The notes under the pieces were generated by a model. The model was not told where the DNA came from, did no database searches, and saw only the letters and a list, made by a program, of their open reading frames with translations. Shown here in pieces: positions 18,970-29,580 of a DNA stretch of 64,000 nt. The first letter of the stretch is position 1; every line of letters starts with the position of its first letter. The stretch lies in the NCBI GenBank assembly GCA_000092065.1, contig CP000588.1; one strand, written 5' to 3'. The position numbers and the translations under genes were made by a program. The stretch comes from Ostreococcus lucimarinus. Lineage: Eukaryota.

Positions 18970-21900
18970 CTAAATTGGTTGCGGGCGCGACTGCACGATT
19001 ATTACGGCTTCGTCGTCGCCGAGCACGCCGCCTTCAACGTCTTGCGCCGCGCCGAGCGCGGTTTCGAGTTCAATCGCCGCCTTCAAAAGCCGTCGTCCGA
19101 GACGCGCTCTCGCGTCTGCGTTCGTGCTGAGTTCTTGTCGTGAGTAGTCCACTGATTCCATCGTCACTTTGCCAAACGTCGGTGCGCCGTACCTGCATCG
19201 CAGCGAAGACGCGTGATTGGCGTACGCGAGCACATCCACGGCGCCGGTGGCGCGGTCGATCTCAAAACGCCAAGGCGTGCCGTCGATACCGCTCGCGAGT
19301 GTTTCACCTAAACCGACACACACCTCAGCTTGTACAGATTTTGCGCCTCGAATCGGGCTTTGTGTGTGAAGGACGAATGAGAGCGCGTTCGGCGACAGTT
19401 CCTGCGCCAGCACCGCCATGCGCGCTTCGGATTGTTTTACGCCTGCGGCGCGGCGCGCGAGCACGGCGCGACGCGAGTACAGCGACGCCCAGACGTCAGC
19501 AATAGCACGTTGTACTTCGGTGACGTTTTGTGCATCGATGCCCACGACACTTTCGTACAGTCCGGCCGCGGACATGCCGCTTAAATCTTCCACGTTTGCG
19601 CTCGATCGCACGACCAGGCGAGCGCTCGCGTCTAATGCCGAGCACGCCCTCTCGACGATCTCGCGCTCTGGTAGGTTTTCGACGATAAAACTTTGGATCG
19701 CCGAGCACGCGTCGTCGATGTCGTGCACGCTGACGCTTTCGAGAGCGAGCAAAAGTTGACCAAATCGCTCTTCGTCGCGAATCGACGCTTCCATGGATCC
19801 GAAAGGCACGACGAATCCCGAGGGCGCTTTAAACGCCGCACTATCGCGAGCGATGATCGCCAAGCGACTGCACGTCGACGATTTCGCGCCAGCGTTTGAG
19901 ATCGTGGCTTCCGCCAAGGGCAGACACGTCATCACGTTCACCATAGCGCACGCCGTTGGCGACACGGCCGCGTGCGACACCGCATGACCGGATTCCCGCG
20001 AATCGCGCGTTCCATCGAAATCGCGCAACTCGGTATGTAATGAAGACACGTTCAAAACGGTGTCTTTTCCCACGCGCGTGCTCACTTTAGATCGAGCTTC
20101 CCCACTTAGTGCGCTAACGAGGGGCGTGCGCTCTTGCCTCGCTCGAATTGCGAGGTGTGACAAATGTGCCAACTCGTCGCGCAAGATGACTCCCTTCACA
20201 TTGCTTCCCGCCGACGAAATCTCTTCATCTCCATCGACCTCGGAGACAAACGCTATGATGTCCTTGTCTCCGTGCACTTGAACGCTCTCTGGATTCAAAC
20301 GGTCCAAAAGTACGAGCACGCCTTGCGCGTCTCCGGGGACGATCGGATCGAACCCGTCCCCGTCAACATTGCGTTCAACCACCTCCGACATCATCTCGAT
20401 CGTTCTAGAGAGTTGGAAAGCCACGCTCGCACGAATGACAGACTCGACAAATGTCGCGCCGACGTGGTGTTCCAGACCAAATGCGTCGGCAAGTTGTGCG
20501 GGAGCGTCGCCGAAACCACTCATGACGGCTCTCGTTTGCGATTCGATGAGTCGCCTTGCGCGTTGTAGCGTTGCCTTCAAGCGAAGGGCCGCATTTCCGT
20601 CCTCGATCGCGGGTGTGCTCGTAGTCCAAGACATGAGCTCACGTGCGATGATTCCAGTCTCGAGGGACTTCCATCCCGAAAGACCGATGTGTTTCAAAGC
20701 GAGCGCAGAAACGTTCGCCGCGTGCTGCATGTTGTCTGACTTCTCTCGCTCCATGAGATTATTGCAGCGCGCTAATAACACAAACGCGTACTCCTCCAGC
20801 GACATTTCTACCTGTCGCCAGGCGTGCCGTTGTCGCACGGAATCATCCGGAGCGTCGTTTCGCATCCCCGTGCTGAGACCGGCGCAAAAGTACGATCGTA
20901 GCCGTGTGCAGACGTCTAGCGTGTGACGCAGCGTTGCACCTTCATGATTGAGCCAGCCGTCGTTGAGATTGTTGAGCGAGTGTTGCAGTTCGCTAAGTTC
21001 GCCGATGAGCGGTTCCGTTTCCTCGTCTAAAGTCCCCCTAAGGCTATCGAGACGCTCAAACACGCCGGTGGCGTTGAAGAAACGTTTGAGTTCTCTGTGG
21101 AACTCGCGAAACTCGCGAACGAAGTCTTCAGAGTACTCGCCCTCACGCGCGGTGATTCGTTCTAACACAACTTCGGTTGCGATTAAATCCTCTGGCCCAG
21201 CGTTCCGATGCAGCTTGTTCTGAATCGTGTGTTTGATGGTTTTCTTCAAATCCTCCGGAATGTCGTTTCTGTGCGCTATGTCCCGAATTCGCGTCAGCGG
21301 CACGGCGTTCGTGAACTCTTCGTTGAACGAAGGTAGCCAAGGGTGGACTTGACGCATAACAACGCGCTCAACTTCGCCCAAATCCGTTCCGTGACGATAC
21401 ATCGCGCCCTGCACCTGCTCCATACTTATAAATATCCCCCGACCCACCATCGCCGGTCCGTTTGGACGACGATGACCTCCACTCTCCACGCACTTGATCG
21501 TCCCGGTGCTTATCCAACGCAAATACGTCGCGCTCACAGCCAACTTATCGCGCGTGATCTCTTTTCCGATACCGATTTGATTCGCCACGGCCGCGAGCTT
21601 CTCGAACCACGACCCGCCGCTTTCGTCCGCGAGCACGACGGCTCGCGCCGCGCTCGCTTCTTCCAAATTGCCCACATCCCAACGCATCGTCGCCGGCCGA
21701 TCGCTCGTGTGCTCGTTCGACTGCATCATCCGTACCTCACCGCCGCTCCATCCCTTCGCGCTCGTCGAGACCGACGGCGGCTCGCCGCCGCCGCCGTCGT
21801 CGTCGCGAGCCTCCGCTCGAGCGTCCTCGCGCGTCTCGCCTCCTCCTCCACCTCCTCCACCATCGCGCGTCACCGCGCACGCTCCGTCTCCGTACACTCC

Positions 21901-22302
21901 ACGAACGACGCATTTTTTCGCGTCGCGCACGTCCTCCACGCGCACCGTCTTATTTTCTCCGCCCTCCCACTCGACGTCGCCGCTCGCGCGTCGGCGCACG
22001 CACTTAAACGCCACCCCATCGACACCGACGTCCACGTCCGCGCGCGCGCACCACGCGTCACCGTCCGTCCACTGTAACTCCAACGCTCGGTCGACGTTCC
22101 ACGCGCCGAGGGCGTCGGCGTCGCCGACGAGCGCGAGGGAATCGCCGTAGTCGAGCTGCGCGGTGATTGCAAAGTGAAACTCGATCGACGCGCGCGAAGC
22201 GATCGACGCGCGCGGTCGCGAACGCGCGCGCGGGGACGCGCGCGTTTGACTCGGTGCGCGCGCCGGGCGCGCGCGAGGCGCGAAGGCGCGTCGCGTCTGC
22301 AT
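18970..22302 (-). CDS. PWD: Phosphoglucan, water dikinase (GWD3/PWD-type) with an N-terminal CBM20 starch-binding domain
   Basis: ATG at 22302. CBM20-like block: FHFAITAQLDYGDSLALVGDADALGAWN...ELQWTDGDAW...FKCVRR. Phosphohistidine motif: ELAHLSHLAIRARQE. C-terminal PEP/pyruvate-binding-like nucleotide domain: VVRSSANVEDLSGMSAAGLYESVVG ... ETLASGIDGTPWRF. Confidence 0.8.
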   Translation of the reverse strand: MQTRRAFAPRARPARAPSQTRASPRARSRPRASIASRASIEFHFAITAQLDYGDSLALVGDADALGAWNVDRALELQWTDGDAWCARADVDVGVDGVAFKCVRRRASGDVEWEGGENKTVRVEDVRDAKKCVVRGVYGDGACAVTRDGGGGGGGGETREDARAEARDDDGGGGEPPSVSTSAKGWSGGEVRMMQSNEHTSDRPATMRWDVGNLEEASAARAVVLADESGGSWFEKLAAVANQIGIGKEITRDKLAVSATYLRWISTGTIKCVESGGHRRPNGPAMVGRGIFISMEQVQGAMYRHGTDLGEVERVVMRQVHPWLPSFNEEFTNAVPLTRIRDIAHRNDIPEDLKKTIKHTIQNKLHRNAGPEDLIATEVVLERITAREGEYSEDFVREFREFHRELKRFFNATGVFERLDSLRGTLDEETEPLIGELSELQHSLNNLNDGWLNHEGATLRHTLDVCTRLRSYFCAGLSTGMRNDAPDDSVRQRHAWRQVEMSLEEYAFVLLARCNNLMEREKSDNMQHAANVSALALKHIGLSGWKSLETGIIARELMSWTTSTPAIEDGNAALRLKATLQRARRLIESQTRAVMSGFGDAPAQLADAFGLEHHVGATFVESVIRASVAFQLSRTIEMMSEVVERNVDGDGFDPIVPGDAQGVLVLLDRLNPESVQVHGDKDIIAFVSEVDGDEEISSAGSNVKGVILRDELAHLSHLAIRARQERTPLVSALSGEARSKVSTRVGKDTVLNVSSLHTELRDFDGTRDSRESGHAVSHAAVSPTACAMVNVMTCLPLAEATISNAGAKSSTCSRLAIIARDSAAFKAPSGFVVPFGSMEASIRDEERFGQLLLALESVSVHDIDDACSAIQSFIVENLPEREIVERACSALDASARLVVRSSANVEDLSGMSAAGLYESVVGIDAQNVTEVQRAIADVWASLYSRRAVLARRAAGVKQSEARMAVLAQELSPNALSFVLHTQSPIRGAKSVQAEVCVGLGETLASGIDGTPWRFEIDRATGAVDVLAYANHASSLRCRYGAPTFGKVTMESVDYSRQELSTNADARARLGRRLLKAAIELETALGAAQDVEGGVLGDDEAVIIVQSRPQPI

Positions 22303-22443
22303 CTGCGGAAGCTCCGCGCCGAGACAGTTACCGCGAGGCGACGACGGCGCGAAGAAGAAGAAGAAACCAATGCAGGCGCTAAATTACAACGCCGCGGAGC
22401 GAACTCGCGCGATTCGAAACGATGATGAAAACAATCGGTGAAA

Positions 22444-23733
22444 TCACTCTGCGCTGGCCTCTTTAGCGCGCGTGTTGACGAAATAAATTCCGACGAGCGT
22501 CACCGCCGCGCCGCCGAGTTGGGTGGCGCTGAGCGTCTCGTCCAGGGTGAGATACCCGAGCGCGGCGGCGAACATCGGAGTGAGGAACGTGAGCGAGCTG
22601 AGTTTCGTGAGTGACCCCTTGGTGGCAAAGTAGAAGAAGGCGCCGTAGGCGACGGCGCCGCCGAAGACCGACGCGTACAACAGCGACGCGACGTCGGCGC
22701 CGCTCAGAGACAAATGCGAATAAAGTTCCGGTTCCGTGGCGAGAGAGTACGCGAGCAAAGGCACGCCGCCGAGCGCCATGTGCCACCCGGTCGCCATCAC
22801 CGGGTCGACGTACTTGCACACCCATCGCACCATGACTGTGCCGACGGCCATGGACTGCGCCGCGAGCAACATCCACCACTCGCCGCTGTCCCACAACGAT
22901 CCTTCGAGGCGCAACGCGCTGAGCGCGTCGGCGCCGTCGCTGTTCACAACGGATTTCAACGCATCTTCCGGAAGTTCGAGCAATAACAGACCGAGAACGC
23001 CGAGCGCCAATCCCGCGACGCCCTCGACGCCGAGCGTCTCGCCGAAGAAAATCGACGCCAAAATCGCCACCGTGAGCGGTTGCGAATCGATGATCACCGA
23101 ACCTAACCCCGCCGACGTGCGCTGCAATCCTTCCGCGAGAAACCCTTGAAACATGGCGGCGTCGACGACGGCGAACGCCGCGACGGCGCCCCACGCCGTC
23201 GCCGTCTTCGGCATCGGTCGACCCTTACTCAGCGCCCACGCCACTAAAATCAACCCCGACGGAATCAATCGCACCGACGCGACGAACATCGGCGACGTCA
23301 CCGGCAAAACCCCTTTCATCGCCACCATCGACGTCCCCCACAGAAAAAACGGCGACACGAGCGCCAAATTCGCCGCCGCGCCGCCGCTCGCGCTCGCCGC
23401 CGCGCTCGCCCCCGCGCTCGCCCCCGCCTCGTCCGCGAGCGCCTCCGCGTCGCACGACGCCTCCATCCCGACCCCCACGCACTCCACCCCGCGCGCCTCG
23501 CGCGTCGGTTCCGGGATCACGCACTCCGCGCCCATCGTCGACGCCACGCACTCGACGCCCGCGTCGTCGTCCTCCTCGCGTCGCGTCGTCGTCGCCGCCG
23601 TCGCCGCCGTCTTCGTCTCCGACGACGACGACGCGCGTCTCGTCGTTCGCTCGCGCGGTCGCGTCGCGCGCCGCGTCGCGCGCGCGCGCGTCGTCGGCGT
23701 CGTCGCGCGATGCGTCGCGATCGTCATCGTCAT
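22444..23733 (-). CDS. EamA/DMT-superfamily membrane transporter with a long presequence (plastid-type)
   Basis: ATG at 23733 (MTMTIATHR). Two EamA-like halves with about 10 hydrophobic helices, e.g. LVSPFFLWGTSMVAMKGVLP, VRLIPSGLILVAW, GSVIIDSQPLTVAILASIFFGE and LTFLTPMFAAALGYLTLDE. Confidence 0.7.
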   Translation of the reverse strand: MTMTIATHRATTPTTRARATRRATRPRERTTRRASSSSETKTAATAATTTRREEDDDAGVECVASTMGAECVIPEPTREARGVECVGVGMEASCDAEALADEAGASAGASAAASASGGAAANLALVSPFFLWGTSMVAMKGVLPVTSPMFVASVRLIPSGLILVAWALSKGRPMPKTATAWGAVAAFAVVDAAMFQGFLAEGLQRTSAGLGSVIIDSQPLTVAILASIFFGETLGVEGVAGLALGVLGLLLLELPEDALKSVVNSDGADALSALRLEGSLWDSGEWWMLLAAQSMAVGTVMVRWVCKYVDPVMATGWHMALGGVPLLAYSLATEPELYSHLSLSGADVASLLYASVFGGAVAYGAFFYFATKGSLTKLSSLTFLTPMFAAALGYLTLDETLSATQLGGAAVTLVGIYFVNTRAKEASAE

Positions 23734-24218
23734 CGTCGCGGCGTCGTCTCGGCGCGGCGCGCGTCGCCGCGCGTCGCCGCGACGGGTCGAGGGTTCGCTC
23801 GCGCGTCCGGCGCGCGTCCGGCGCGCGCGCGCGCGTGCGCGGTCGCGCGACGGGTCGGCGCGCGGTCGCGTCGCGCGCCATCGTCATCGTCGCACTGTTT
23901 GCGCATAGAACCCACAGCCACACGAGTCACGAACCCTAATTGTGCGCGCGCGACACACTCGACCGCGCGCGACGCCCGCGCGACGCCGCGAACGCTCGAC
24001 GAGGTGCGCGCGCGATCGATCGCGCGTCGATCGTTCGCGCGCGCGCGCCGGCCGCGCTCGGACGCGCGATCGAGCGCGACGCGCGAACGAACGATCGACG
24101 CGGACGCGAACGCACGCGCGCGACGCGAACGAACGCGCGCGACGCGAACGACGACGAGAGGACTGACGGCGACGCGGACGCGACGCGGACGCGACGCAGG
24201 CGCTCGGTCGCGCGCGAG

Positions 24219-25291
24219 ATGGTGGACTCGAAGGTGCGACGACGACGACGACGCGAACGGGTGATTTCGATTTCGGGCGCGCGCGCCAACGGCTTTTTAA
24301 ACCGCGCGGCGAATCGGACGAATTGGACGCGGGAGGGGGCGATCGCGGGCGCGAGACTGACGAAAACGCGGCGAACGCGCGATAGAATGCGTTGCGGTTG
24401 ACGGATGAGAGCTCGCCGGAGCCGCCGAAACGGGCCATGACGGCGTATTTGATCTTTTGCAGCAAGCATCGCGAGCGAGTGATGCGGGAGGTGCACGGAG
24501 ACGACGGCGCGCGGAAGTTTTCGCGAGACGAAATGCAGTTAGTGACGACGCGGTTGGCGGAGATGTGGAATAACATTTCGGAGAAGGAGAAGAAGGAGGT
24601 GCAGGCGAAGGCGGCCGCGGCGAAGGCGGAGTATGAGATGCAGAAGGCTGCGTTTTCGCCGGCGTTGCTGAAGAAGTTGCATCGGTTGAAGAGCAAACCG
24701 AAGGGAACGGTCGTCGTGGAGGCGCAGGGTGAAAAGCCCGTGCGCGCCAAAACGGCGTATTTGATCTTCTGTGGTAAGCATCGCGCGGCGGTGATGCGGA
24801 AGATTCATCCGGAACCAGAGGCCAAGTTTACGCGCGCTGAGATGCAGCAAGTCACCACGGAGTTGGCTGCGTTGTGGAATAACATCTCCCCGCAGGAGCT
24901 CGCCGAATGCAAGGCGGCGGCGGCGAAAGAGCTCGAGCGATACAAGCAGTTGAAAGCAGAATACCGCCCGCCGGTGTACGGGCCATCCAAGCGGAACAAA
25001 GGCAAGAGCGTGCCGGGCAAGCCCAAGCGCGCTCCCACCGCGTACCTCATCTTTGCCGAAGAGTTGCGCGCCAGAATCAGACAGGAGCGACCGCATTTGA
25101 AGCACGACGAAATCTCTCAAAAACTGTCTACGGCCTGGAAGGAGATCGACGAAGCCTCCAAGAGAATCTTCCAGCAAAAGGCGGACGCAATCAAGGCGGA
25201 TCTCATGCAAAACATGCCGAGTTCTGTGATGCTCACGGGCCTGGAACACTCCTTACCGGAGCCACACTACAATACGCACATGTACCCCTAA
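24219..25291 (+). CDS. 3xHMG-box chromatin protein; model join(24219..24233,24386..25291) with an inferred 152-nt intron
   Basis: Three HMG boxes: PPKRAMTAYLIFCSKHRERV...; KPVRAKTAYLIFCGKHRAAV...; KPKRAPTAYLIFAEELRARI.... The track start at 24392 is TTG. An in-frame TAG lies at 24383-24385, and the first in-frame ATG (24437) would cut into box 1, so an upstream exon is required. The candidate is ATG 24219 (MVDSK) with GTGCGA donor at 24234, ACTGAC at 24356-24361 and AG at 24384-24385. The HMG call is firm; exon 1 is inference. Confidence 0.7.
24234..24385 (+). other. Inferred spliceosomal intron of the 3xHMG-box gene (GT..AG, phase 0)
   Basis: Donor aag|gtgcga at 24234. Branch-like ACTGAC lies 23 nt before the first downstream AG (24384-24385). 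The RPS29 intron in this window has the same ACTGAC-to-AG geometry. Confidence 0.4.
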
Positions 25292-25375
25292 TTGTGGGCA
25301 CAAAGCTCATAGCAAGAGTAGACGCATGTAACAGATTACCACGACTTACTATGAATGATTTTTTATCATCACATT

Positions 25376-27754
25376 CTAACTTTCGAGTAGGCGCAACGCG
25401 CGCTCCTCGAGTGATTCTAACTTTTCGTCTGCGGTCATCATTCCTGCGACGGCGGGGTCGATAACATTCTTCTTGCGCGGAACGTCGCGATCGTCATCCG
25501 ATTCGCTAAAGTCACCTAAACTATCTTCTGAGTCCGAACCGCCTAACGTGACATCGGCGCCGCCCTCGTCTTCAGCGTTGCGAAGCTTTTGCTTTTTGCG
25601 CTGGCGGCCCTCGCGAAGGCGCGCCTTTTCACGCCCTTTGTCCACTCGGTCGGCATCCTTGCGCTCGGCCGCGACTTCTGCGTAACGCGCCTTCACGGCC
25701 ACTCGCAGACTTTCACCTGGTGCGCTCACTTCTTCTATGCCACTCTTTACCCCGAGCGCCTGGAGTGGCGCCATGGACGTCCCGTCCTCGTCGAAGACGA
25801 CGCGTTTGTTCGCGCCGTGACCACTCTCCTTGATTTTCAGCTTGCCCTTGAGCGCGCGCTTTCGCGCGATTTCTGCCGCCTTTTTGTCGGCGTTATACTT
25901 TTCTGCGTCGTCGGACTCGGAATCACTACCCACGAGCTTGTGATTTGTGCGTTTGACATTCATAAAATCGTCGTCGTCGTCCTCGCCTTTTTCGACGACT
26001 AGACCAAATCTACCACCACCCTTGCGTTGAATGACACCCTCCTTCGGGAGCGGAACGGTTTCTTCACTTGTACTTTCATCAGTGTCGTTGTCCTCGTCGT
26101 CATCATCGTCGCCAGCATCATCGCTCGCCTCATCCTCCTCTCGATCACTGGCGTCGTCTTCCGCTTCGTCGTCGTCGTCGGAATCGCTCTCGTCGCGCGC
26201 GCCGGCTGATTTTCCTTGTTGTAAGAATCTCAAGCGCGGTGCGTTCGGTAATCCCATGGAGAATGCGTAGGCATCCATATCGATAGACTTGATGTCGAAG
26301 ACCTTCTTGTTCTTTTGGAGATACACCGATCTCAGATAGCAAATCACTGCGCGTTGCGACAAGTATTTTAAATCACTGTCCTTAGAAAGTAATCCCTGCA
26401 TCGAGCTTTGAATGCGCGAGGACTGCTTTTTGGGGTTGAGTTTGATCGGCTTCAGAGGAACTTTTGCCACCTCGAGCTCTTTCATGAAGTGAGATTCGCC
26501 CGGGGTGAGCATCAATAGACCTTTACCAGCGGCCGTGTACCTTGCCGTTCGTCCGACGCGATGAATGTACGTCGCGACGTCCTCTGGACAATCCGCTTGA
26601 ACGACCCAATCGACGGATGGGAAATCTAAACCACGACTTGCGACGTCTGTCGCGAACAAAACTGTTTCCTTGGCGTTGCAGAAGTTGTAAAACACGCCCT
26701 GGCGTCGCGCCTGTTTCAATCGTCCGTGAATGCACTGCAGCGGCACCCCGGGTCGCATGCGCTTGAAAATTTCGTACACAAACTTCACCTGCTTACAGCT
26801 CGAGAAAAACACGAGCGTCTTCGCGTTCAAGTGAGTCTTTATGAATGACCACAGCACTTCAATTTTCTTCTCAAGCGCGCATGTGGTGACCATTTGTTGC
26901 AGCTTGGGCGGTGTCGAATGTACGCTCTCCGCATGCACTGATAAGTATTCGGGATCCTTCAACCCAAGTCGCGCCAAATCCTTTACGCTCTTCGTCTGCG
27001 TCGCACTGAACAGCAGTGTTTGACGATTCTTTGGCAAGTTGTCGATGATGGCGTTGAGCGTCTTCGTGAATCCTAAATCCAACATTCGATCCGCCTCATC
27101 GAGTACCAACATTTGCAGCGTCACGCAGTCGAACATCGGCGTCTCATCCATGTGCTGCAACAACCTTCCGGGCGTGCACACTAAAATATTCATCTTATTC
27201 ACCCTATTCGCTTCTTCCTGCACGTCCTTTCCCCCGATCAACAGCCCAGCCGACATCGTGTGCCTCGCGCCCACCTTCGTGAGGCATTGAAAAATCTGAA
27301 TGGCCAACTCTCGCGTCGGCGATATCACCAACGCCCCGACGCCATCCTGCCGTCCCCACTTCTTCCGCCACAGCGATTCGATCAAAGGCACGACGTACGC
27401 CAGCGTCTTCCCACTTCCCGTTTTCGCCGCACCGAGGACGTCTCGTCCGCACAGCGCGTGCGGCAGCGTCGCTCGCTGTATAGCCGTCATCTCCTTAAAT
27501 TTACACTCCCGCAGCGCCGCCTTCGTCGCCTGGCTGATCGGCAGGTGCGCAAACTTCCGCATTCCCATCAGCGACGTCCCCGCGTCGCCGTCGGAGCTCT
27601 TACGCGGCGCGACGGCGAGCGGGTTGTCACCGCTCGCGGGCTTGGTGTCGGCGATGACGGCTTCGATTTCCGCGATTTCCGCATCGACGCGCGCGCTCGC
27701 GGACAGACGCTTCGTCGTTTTCGCGCGCGCCTTTGTGTTTTTATCTTTCGCCAT
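25376..27754 (-). CDS. DDX10: DEAD-box RNA helicase DDX10/Dbp4 (pre-rRNA processing)
   Basis: ATG at 27754 (MAKDKNTKARAK). The block FAHLPISQATKAALRECKFKEMTAIQRATLPHALCGRDVLGAAKTGSGKTLAYVVPLIESLWRKKWGRQDGVGALVISPTRELAIQIF is colinear with human DDX10. DEAD (VLDEADRMLD), SAT and HRVGRTAR motifs are present, followed by an acidic/basic C-terminal tail. Confidence 0.85.
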   Translation of the reverse strand: MAKDKNTKARAKTTKRLSASARVDAEIAEIEAVIADTKPASGDNPLAVAPRKSSDGDAGTSLMGMRKFAHLPISQATKAALRECKFKEMTAIQRATLPHALCGRDVLGAAKTGSGKTLAYVVPLIESLWRKKWGRQDGVGALVISPTRELAIQIFQCLTKVGARHTMSAGLLIGGKDVQEEANRVNKMNILVCTPGRLLQHMDETPMFDCVTLQMLVLDEADRMLDLGFTKTLNAIIDNLPKNRQTLLFSATQTKSVKDLARLGLKDPEYLSVHAESVHSTPPKLQQMVTTCALEKKIEVLWSFIKTHLNAKTLVFFSSCKQVKFVYEIFKRMRPGVPLQCIHGRLKQARRQGVFYNFCNAKETVLFATDVASRGLDFPSVDWVVQADCPEDVATYIHRVGRTARYTAAGKGLLMLTPGESHFMKELEVAKVPLKPIKLNPKKQSSRIQSSMQGLLSKDSDLKYLSQRAVICYLRSVYLQKNKKVFDIKSIDMDAYAFSMGLPNAPRLRFLQQGKSAGARDESDSDDDDEAEDDASDREEDEASDDAGDDDDDEDNDTDESTSEETVPLPKEGVIQRKGGGRFGLVVEKGEDDDDDFMNVKRTNHKLVGSDSESDDAEKYNADKKAAEIARKRALKGKLKIKESGHGANKRVVFDEDGTSMAPLQALGVKSGIEEVSAPGESLRVAVKARYAEVAAERKDADRVDKGREKARLREGRQRKKQKLRNAEDEGGADVTLGGSDSEDSLGDFSESDDDRDVPRKKNVIDPAVAGMMTADEKLESLEERALRLLES

Positions 27755-27948
27755 CGCGCGCGGCGCGGGCGCGGACGCGGGCGGGACGAGGCGCCGAGTG
27801 AAGCGCCGCCGCCGCCGCCGGTCGAGCTCGGGAAACTGTTGGACGCGCGACGCGACGAGCGACGAGCCGCGATGGATGCGAGGGCGAGACGCGCGTCGAA
27901 AGGACGAGCGCGCGGCTGGCGCATCGTGACGATCTTTTTTGAATGAAA

Positions 27949-29580
27949 TCACACTCTCGGATCGATGGTTTGAAGCTTTTCGGGAAGGCGGTGATCGGCG
28001 CTCGGGAGCGACACCATCGCGTCCGCCTTGACGGTGACCTCGTGGAGGGCGCGACGATAGCGATAACGCACGCGCAAATGCTTGTCCTCGCCGGGACACG
28101 GATCGCAGAATCCGAGGAGATCGCACATGGCAACGTTTTCGTACAGATCGAGGGTGTCGTTGTCGACCATGAATTGAAGCGCGCGCGTGACGTCGACGTA
28201 CGGCGGCGGCGACGCCGCGGGCTTCGGGGCGTCTGGGCTGCCTTCTTCCGTTGAATTCGCGTTCGGCGACTGCGACGAGGGCGACCACGTCCGGAAGTTC
28301 GGAATGATTGGTGCGTCTTTAACGGTGTTTCGTCGCGGATCGAACGCGCCGAAGACGGCGCTTTCGATGACAAGACCGCCGCGCTCTCGCGCGGCGCGCG
28401 CCTTTTTATCAGCCGTCTCGGCGATCATTTTCGTCGCAGAGTGCGCTTCACGCATCGCCACGAGAATGGTCCGTTTGTTCTTCTCCCTAGCCGCGAGCTG
28501 ACGCTTGCGGATGTATCGATTCATGATCGGTCGCGCCACGAAGTGGCGCAACAGCGCGATGGCGATGGGCGGCAGCGTAAACGCCAACAGCGACTTGCGC
28601 CATGTCACCATCGGCGTTAATAATATTGGCACCACGAATCGCTGTCCTTGTCTGTTCACTCTAAATCGAAGCGAAAGCCCTCGCAAGCTGACGACGATAC
28701 TAGCGCCGAGCGCGGTGTCCTCGTCCACTTGCTTCGTCGCGCCGACGTCGAGCTCGGCGCCCGCGGTGCCTAATTTCCAACCCACCCTGTACACCCTTTT
28801 TTCGTCCATTTGTCGAATGAAATGCCCATTCAATCCACTCGCCGCTACCCCAACGCTAAAATCGCACTTGACGGCATTCTTACCGAACGCGTGCGTCGCC
28901 CCGGTGGACATCGACGACACCGGTCCGACGTTCCACGTCAAATGCCCCCTCGTTTGCGCAAACAGCTGGCGCTGAAGCATGAGCTGCAACCCGAACCCTT
29001 GCTGCGCGATATAATTATGTGACACCGCCCCCGTGGTGTGCGTCGTGAGCTGCCTCGTCACCGTCGCCGTCACCGCGCTCGTCTGCCCCGTCTGCGCGCT
29101 CACGTCGAGCGACGTCAACGGCGAAAACGCTCGTCGCCACCCTAATATAAAATTCCCCGCCCCACGTCCCCCTCGCGTCGTTCCCTGCGTCACCGTGTAC
29201 ACCGCATCCTCCTCGCTCAGCGGTATCTCCATCGAATTCTGCAGCGACACGCTCGTCAAATCCAACCCGGGATTATTCGTAAACGCCGCTCGCCGACGCG
29301 CTATGCTCTCCTCCATCAAATGCGCCGCACTGAACCCGAACACGTACGTCCCGCTGTGATTCAACCGCGCCTCCGCCGCTTCCTTCGTCTCTTTCGCGCG
29401 CCGTCGCTCGTATTCGATTCGCATCTCCTCCGTCGTTTTCCCTCTCGCGCCGAGCTCGCGTCCCGCCCGCACGCCATCCATCCCGTACGCGTCGTACGTC
29501 CGTCGCGCGTCCGCATCGCTCAGCACCTCGTACGCCTCGCTCAGCGCCGCGAACGCGCGTTGCGCCGCCTCCGTCGCGCC

